Shown here one piece after another: positions 58,460-64,000 of a DNA stretch of 64,000 nt. The notes beneath the pieces are model-generated. The model had not been told where the DNA came from and ran no database searches. It saw only the letters and a list, made by a program, of their open reading frames with translations. Source of the stretch: Promethearchaeia archaeon (GTDB lineage: Archaea; Asgardarchaeota; Lokiarchaeia; Sigyniarchaeales; SOKP01); contig JAHQWK010000008.1 in the NCBI GenBank assembly GCA_029856145.1, forward strand, positions 135,007 through 199,006, written 5' to 3'. A program made the translations under genes and the position numbers. Position 1 is the stretch's first letter. Every line of letters begins with the position of its first letter.

Positions 58460-59341
58460 TTAGATTTCTATTCTTTCAATTACACCATCAAAAACTTTTT
58501 CTATAGGACCTTCCATGAAAACTCTTTTACCATTATAGGTTATTTTTAAATCTCCTCCATCATTATGCACTGTTATAGGTACATTCTCGTTAAATATTCC
58601 AAGGATAGTCCCTGCAACAACAGTCGCACAGGCTCCTGTACCACATGATTTGGTAATTCCAACTCCTCTTTCAAAAACCCTTACAATACTCTCTTCTTTA
58701 GAAATTGGTTTAACAAATTCAACATTTATTTTATTTGGAAAGCGATCGTGCGATTCTATTGTCGCTCCATATCTATTCAGCTCATCATCATTTAAGATTT
58801 CTTCAATAAATATAATTGCATGCGGATTCCCCATCGAAACAGCCGTAAACCTAAAAATTTTATCCAGAATTACTAATGGCTCATTAACACATCGATCTAC
58901 TGAGCTTTCTAACAAAACAGGGATTTCTTCACAATCCAGAATTGGTGAACCCATATCAATCTCTACACTCTTAACCTTCTCATCAGCTATGTTAAGTCTT
59001 GCAACCATAATCCCTTTAAGAGTCTCTATTTTAATCTTATCTTTTTTGATGATATTATTTTCATAGATATATTTTGAAAAGCACCTGATCCCATTTCCAC
59101 ACATCTCAGCTTCCAATCCATCATTGTTGAATATCCTCATTCTAATATCAGCTTCTTTAGACTCACATACAAAAATTAAACCATCTGCTCCAATAGAAAA
59201 ATGACTTTCACACAATTTATTTGCTAAAGCTGACTTTTTTTTTTCTGGAATCGCCCATTTAATGTCATTAATAATGATATAATCATTTCCTAAACCGTGA
59301 TATTTGGCAAATTCTAAATTTTCGATAATAAATTGCTCCAT
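58460..59341 (-). CDS. dapF: Diaminopimelate epimerase
   Basis: KYHGLGND, GADG, EMCGNGIRC, SMGNPH, NVEF, ERGVG.T.SCGTG. Confidence 0.96.
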   Translation of the reverse strand: MEQFIIENLEFAKYHGLGNDYIIINDIKWAIPEKKKSALANKLCESHFSIGADGLIFVCESKEADIRMRIFNNDGLEAEMCGNGIRCFSKYIYENNIIKKDKIKIETLKGIMVARLNIADEKVKSVEIDMGSPILDCEEIPVLLESSVDRCVNEPLVILDKIFRFTAVSMGNPHAIIFIEEILNDDELNRYGATIESHDRFPNKINVEFVKPISKEESIVRVFERGVGITKSCGTGACATVVAGTILGIFNENVPITVHNDGGDLKITYNGKRVFMEGPIEKVFDGVIERIEI

Positions 59342-59481
59342 GAATTTTCTAAGGTATTTGCTATTGATAATAATATTAAATTTTATTTATAATTCAAAAA
59401 AATTTCTAAAGTGAATTTTAATTAACACTCATAATTATTATATAATATATTTTTATCGAAACAGATGTGATAACTTGTACA

Positions 59482-60039
59482 ATGAACTATAAAAAGATAT
59501 CAATATCAATTGTTTTGCTCCTCATGATAATTCCAATTAATAATGCTATGGCATTTACTTATATTGATAATATGAAAAATGGGAATTATACTTTCTTCCT
59601 AACTGACTTAGAAATTGACAATAATATTGAGCTTAATATAACTCATACCGGTAGTGGAAATTTTACTCTTTTTCTGTTTAACTCAAGACCAGTACAATCC
59701 TATGTAAATAATGATAACACATTAAATGAAAATATTTTTAATAAAACTGTTGCCTATAGTCTGGAAAATAACCCATACATTAACTATACAGCAACAAAGG
59801 AAAAAATTTATTATATAGAGATAATACTAGTCAGCGGTGGACCAGACACTCTTTTTTTAACATCTACTATAACTTATAGTAATGGCACACTTATAGATAA
59901 AGATTTAACGAGATATTACCTTCCAATCATACCCGGATTTCAACTAGAAATCTTTCTACTTGTTTTTATTTTCTCGATAGGATTAATTCTTTTCCTACAC
60001 AAAAATAAAGTGAAAAAAAAAAATATTATTGATTTTTGA
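59482..60039 (+). CDS. Secreted beta-rich protein with PGF-like C-terminal sorting signal
   Basis: Signal peptide; C-terminal IIPGF + TM helix + KNKVKKK. Confidence 0.8.
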   Translation: MNYKKISISIVLLLMIIPINNAMAFTYIDNMKNGNYTFFLTDLEIDNNIELNITHTGSGNFTLFLFNSRPVQSYVNNDNTLNENIFNKTVAYSLENNPYINYTATKEKIYYIEIILVSGGPDTLFLTSTITYSNGTLIDKDLTRYYLPIIPGFQLEIFLLVFIFSIGLILFLHKNKVKKKNIIDF

Positions 60040-60067
60040 AATTTCTTTTTTTTATTTCAATAATTTT

Positions 60068-62119
60068 TTATACTCGGTAAGTTGGATACCAATAGAAGAA
60101 TCTCATACAGTTATAAGGTACACTTTTTAAGTTAGCGGCGTGAACATGGTAGAGTTTGTTATAATATAAAGGCATATGATAGAAGTTTTTGTCAATTATC
60201 AAACTCTGAAGTCTCTTGTAATATTGATATCTTGTAGCAGTGTCAGTTTCCGCTTCAGTAATAGCTAGAAGAGTGTTTATTTCATCATCATTAATTTGTG
60301 CATAATTGGATTGCAATGCTGGATTAACTACTGGATCAATCATATTAAAGGCTTCAAAGTATTCAGGACCCCTACCAACATAATATATATGGAGTCTTTC
60401 GGGATGATATATAAACATATCAAGAAACTCCTCCCATGTTAATGTCTGTTGGGCAACATCAATTCCGATTAAGTCCATATCATATGTAAATCGAGCAATT
60501 AGGAGTTCCATGAAATGACTTCCTTGTCTAAAACGGAAATTCCATATATTACCACTAAAGTTCCCTGTATTCGGGACCCATGCTGCTGATGTCCATTTAG
60601 ACTCATCAACTCCAGGAGTGAAGTCATCTCCAACTTGAGACCCTACCTCCCAAGGATTTGTTAAACCTGGTCCATCATATCCAAAACCCATACTCTGCAT
60701 AATTTGTCTGGCTTTTGGAATATTAAACGTACCACCTACAACTGAAGCGTTATGTCCTGGATAACCTGGTGGAACTAATGAATTAGCTCTTACGGTTGTA
60801 TCTTCATCAATATCATGGATAAGATATGTATAGTTAAAGGCATATGAAATAGCTTTTCTCCAAGTCTTATTTATATATGGGGAGTTAAAAGCAATATACC
60901 AGTAGATCGAACCATTGATGTATGGATTTACTCCATCTCCAGTCACAGTAATATCTGGATCTGCTTCAAATATAGGTTTATAAGAATCAATCACCAACAG
61001 CTGATCTAAATAGTCAATTTCTCCGGCTAGCATAGCATCATTAGCGGCGACAGCATCTATATAATAGACATAAATAATTTTATCCCAAAAAGCAGGAAAT
61101 CTCCAATATCCTTCCCAACGTTCAAACCTAACCTCTGAGTCAGGAATATATCTTACTAATTTAAATGGACCGGTTCCAATGACTAGATCTGAGGAGAGTT
61201 CTAACATCTCATTGACAGGAGTAGAATCAGGATGGACAATTGCACTTGCAGTATAAGTTAATAATCCTTCAGCAGGTCCAAATGGCCCATTTAATACAAG
61301 AGTAACTTCCAAGTCATCAACAGGATTAACAAAACTTAGGGTATGATTAAAGATTGGTGTTAACCCTGGAGGTTTATTTGTAAATTTATAAAGAGTATGT
61401 GGATAAGCCATACGATGAGGAGCTGTTAAGGTACCTGTCGCATTTCCAAAGAAATTAATTCTTTCAAAAGTGTGCAAGACACAATTTCCGTCAAGTTTTG
61501 AACCATCATGGAAATATACATTATCCCGTAGTTGGAATGTGATATTCGTACCGAATTTTGTGCTTTGGAAACCCCAAGATTCAGCAAGTCTTCCTACAAG
61601 TGGAAAGGAAGGGTCGTTTAAATTATATGCAAGTAAAGTTTCAACTACTTGATCGAGCATGTTATTTGAAATACTATCCCAACTACTTACTGGATCCATG
61701 GTAACAGGGTTGGCTGTTACCGGTATTCTAAGTACTTCTTCCAATAAAACTATTAAAATCCAAGAATGATCAACAGTAAGATCTCCATCAGTTATGTTTA
61801 CTTTTACTGTATAAGGACCAATAGGATTGCCACTAGCATCGAATGTATAGGTTGTTAAATTTCCACCAACTTTTATTCCATCAAGGTACCAGCCATAAGT
61901 AAGAGCATCCCCATCAGGATCATAAGCGGTAACATTAAACTCTTGTGATTCTGTTTGGTAGATACTAGGATTTGTTAAAGGATAATAAGTAAGTATTATA
62001 GGAGCCTCATTCACCTCTTCTGGCGTTTCATAAAGGGTAATTGATATCCAATATATAGTTACTACACTCGCAATTCCTATACACGCTAGAATTATGATTG
62101 CAATTATATTCTTTCTCAT
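60068..62119 (-). CDS. ABC peptide/nickel substrate-binding protein (family 5) with N-terminal Ig/PKD-like domain
   Basis: N-terminal TM; AYDPDGDALTY.W; TMDP, E.L, LAESW, F.LR.NV.FHDG, IGTGPFKL, RKAISYA. Confidence 0.9.
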   Translation of the reverse strand: MRKNIIAIIILACIGIASVVTIYWISITLYETPEEVNEAPIILTYYPLTNPSIYQTESQEFNVTAYDPDGDALTYGWYLDGIKVGGNLTTYTFDASGNPIGPYTVKVNITDGDLTVDHSWILIVLLEEVLRIPVTANPVTMDPVSSWDSISNNMLDQVVETLLAYNLNDPSFPLVGRLAESWGFQSTKFGTNITFQLRDNVYFHDGSKLDGNCVLHTFERINFFGNATGTLTAPHRMAYPHTLYKFTNKPPGLTPIFNHTLSFVNPVDDLEVTLVLNGPFGPAEGLLTYTASAIVHPDSTPVNEMLELSSDLVIGTGPFKLVRYIPDSEVRFERWEGYWRFPAFWDKIIYVYYIDAVAANDAMLAGEIDYLDQLLVIDSYKPIFEADPDITVTGDGVNPYINGSIYWYIAFNSPYINKTWRKAISYAFNYTYLIHDIDEDTTVRANSLVPPGYPGHNASVVGGTFNIPKARQIMQSMGFGYDGPGLTNPWEVGSQVGDDFTPGVDESKWTSAAWVPNTGNFSGNIWNFRFRQGSHFMELLIARFTYDMDLIGIDVAQQTLTWEEFLDMFIYHPERLHIYYVGRGPEYFEAFNMIDPVVNPALQSNYAQINDDEINTLLAITEAETDTATRYQYYKRLQSLIIDKNFYHMPLYYNKLYHVHAANLKSVPYNCMRFFYWYPTYRV

Positions 62120-62371
62120 AATTTTTCAATAAATTTTAATTAATTGGATTGATGAAATATATTCCAAGTTTTCTTTTAAAACTTACTACCTAAAATTTTT
62201 TCCCAAATTCGAATTTCACTTGAAATTTAAATACAAAGTCGAAAATCGACATCGAGTCTTTTTAAATAATTGTCAATTTCAATAAACAAATTTTAAATTT
62301 TTTATAATGTTTTTTTCAATATCAATAAAAACTTAATATTCAAAGTGTGATGTAAAATTTCCTTCGATGAA

Positions 62372-63550
62372 TTGAGTAAAAAATTAGCAAAATTTATGAA
62401 AGATACCGAAGAAATCGAGCTTCAAGACGTAGATTTATTTGCAGAATATCTTGAATTTCAAATGTTGCCAAGTATTGTTCAAGCCGCTGCTCAAGCTGTA
62501 TTACCCGGAGTTCCGGGGAAAGCTGAGTGGACACCGTCAAAATTTTCCCTTGATTTAGAATTTCCAGGAAAAATCGAGACAATTGAATTTGTCCGCTCAA
62601 ATGGAAAAAAAGCTGTAATCGGTGGAGAAGTTGTTCCTCCTTTTTATAATTTTCTTGGATTGAGCAAGCGGAACCCTAATCCCCCACTCATTACTTATGA
62701 CGTATTTGATATGGGTGCTAAAATGATGCTTCCAAAGCCAATAAAACAAGAATATGGGGAAGTTTTGAATGATCCTGGTGAATGGGCGAAATTTGCTGTT
62801 GATAAGTTTGGTGCTGAATGCATCACTTTTCATTCATTAGAGATCGATCCTGGTATGGGAGATGCTCCCATCTCACAATCCCTAAAATTTTTAGAGGATA
62901 TTCTACAAGCTGTTGATGTTCCTGTAATTATTGGTTGCTCAGGAAATAAACAAAAAGATAAAGAACTATTTGAAGTAACCGCTGCTGCAACTGAAAGTGA
63001 AGTGTTAATGTTATCAGCCGCAGATAAAGCTACATGGGAAGAAGTTATACCTTTAGCGGTTAAATATGACCATAACTGCCTACTTTGGACTAGCTTAGAC
63101 CTTAACAACCAGATTAAGATGAACAAGGATGCTTTAGAACTTGGACTCCCACCTAATCGAATAGTGATGGATCCAACATGTGCAACTCTAGGTTATGGAA
63201 TGGAATATTCATTTAGCATTTATCAGAGAATGCGTGTTGCTGGACTACTAGGTGAAACCGATTTAGCTTACCCAATAAGCGGAGGTACTACAAATGCTTG
63301 GGGTGCTAGAGAAGCGTGGATGAGCGAGAAAACAGCACCTGAATGGGGATTACGTAAATATCGAGGACCAATATGGGAAGTACTCAATGCTCTATCTCTG
63401 AGCCTTGTTGGCTTAGATTTAGCCATGATGTTCCATCCTGTTGCAGCAAAACATGTTAAAGAAATAACATCTGAATTTTTCGCAGAGATCCCGAAACATT
63501 TAGAAGAAAAGGGCTACTACGAATGGGTTTCTGCAAATTTAAAACGTTAA
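62372..63550 (+). CDS. cdhD: CODH/ACS corrinoid Fe-S protein small (delta) subunit
   Basis: IGGE..PPFY, VFD, DP.EWAK..V, AVDVP.IIG.SG...KD, IVMDPT...LGYG.EY, NAWGAREAW, MMFHP. Confidence 0.93.
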   Translation: MSKKLAKFMKDTEEIELQDVDLFAEYLEFQMLPSIVQAAAQAVLPGVPGKAEWTPSKFSLDLEFPGKIETIEFVRSNGKKAVIGGEVVPPFYNFLGLSKRNPNPPLITYDVFDMGAKMMLPKPIKQEYGEVLNDPGEWAKFAVDKFGAECITFHSLEIDPGMGDAPISQSLKFLEDILQAVDVPVIIGCSGNKQKDKELFEVTAAATESEVLMLSAADKATWEEVIPLAVKYDHNCLLWTSLDLNNQIKMNKDALELGLPPNRIVMDPTCATLGYGMEYSFSIYQRMRVAGLLGETDLAYPISGGTTNAWGAREAWMSEKTAPEWGLRKYRGPIWEVLNALSLSLVGLDLAMMFHPVAAKHVKEITSEFFAEIPKHLEEKGYYEWVSANLKR

Positions 63551-63558
63551 TATAACTT

Positions 63559-63999
63559 TTATTTAAGATTATTAAAAGTTACAAGTACCTTTTTTTTTAA
63601 ATCCTCTATATTCTCAATTTCTTTAATTGACATCCCATTTCTTCCAAGGAGATAATTTATAACTGCAAAAATATCCCCCAATTGTTTAGAATATTGTTGT
63701 TCATTTAATTTTAAATCAAAATTAAAACCTTGAAAGTCTGAATCTATCTTGTTAGAAATAAGTGAATAACATTTTGAGAAAATTTTGTCAGTATCTTCAA
63801 GTTCAGGATTAGGATCAAATCTAGAATTATAATCATGTTTATAAAATAAATTAACAATATCTCTCTCATCTGTTAATACTTTGAAAACAACATTTTGAAG
63901 AAAATCTTGGGGTAGATTCACTATTTTAGAAAATGCCTTAATCGTTGTCGAATCAAAATTGCCTTTAAGATCTTTAAGACTCCAAGTTATACTTACTAA
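63559..63999 (-). CDS. Hypothetical protein, 5'-partial (runs off window end)
   Basis: The frame of ORF 63559..63921 stays open to the window edge. Confidence 0.75.
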   Translation of the reverse strand, partial: LVSITWSLKDLKGNFDSTTIKAFSKIVNLPQDFLQNVVFKVLTDERDIVNLFYKHDYNSRFDPNPELEDTDKIFSKCYSLISNKIDSDFQGFNFDLKLNEQQYSKQLGDIFAVINYLLGRNGMSIKEIENIEDLKKKVLVTFNNLK

Positions 64000-64000
64000 T

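Noticed and set aside
58236-58463. 75-aa plus-strand ORF
   Set aside because: GTG start without SD, atypical composition, overlaps the dapF stop; likely spurious.
109-63126. Many short antisense or nested ORFs in the track (e.g. 45046..45708, 39153..39596, 58650..59066)
   Set aside because: They are shadows of well-supported genes on the opposite strand, with no motifs of their own.
1-64000. CRISPR array, transposase, integrase, rRNA
   Set aside because: No regularly spaced repeats, recombinase/transposase motifs or long GC-rich rRNA-like tracts seen.

Overview
Strongly AT-rich archaeal chromosome segment, most likely from an Asgard archaeon of the Lokiarchaeia type. This is inferred from a Rag-like GTPase, two MglA-like GTPases, an LRR protein with a Loki-type N-terminal domain, a PGF-like C-terminal anchor, a thermosome subunit, Cdc48 and archaemetzincin. 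The window is mostly housekeeping and metabolic, with no CRISPR array, rRNA or transposase. Main contents: (1) a ~10.8 kb hdrC-hdrB-hdrA'-hdrA''-mvhD(+wHTH)-hdrA::mvhD-metV-metF-lrp cluster in which the HdrA/MvhD module occurs twice, once split and once fused, plus a second metVF pair, an fwdF-like gene and cdhD; (2) an hsp20-cdc48-regulator-HEXXH peptidase cluster in which Cdc48 and the peptidase both end in HbYX-like tails; (3) tRNA-Pro(TGG) with a 27-nt BHB intron at non-canonical position 25/26; (4) at least two genes that appear to need ATA/ATT start codons; (5) a ~340-nt multi-hairpin intergenic element at 58.0-58.37 kb that may be an undescribed ncRNA; (6) a ~4 kb gene block bracketed by an intact gene and a decayed copy of its 3' end; (7) a clostripain homologue lacking its catalytic Cys. 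All protein calls come from motif recognition by eye; no database searches were run.
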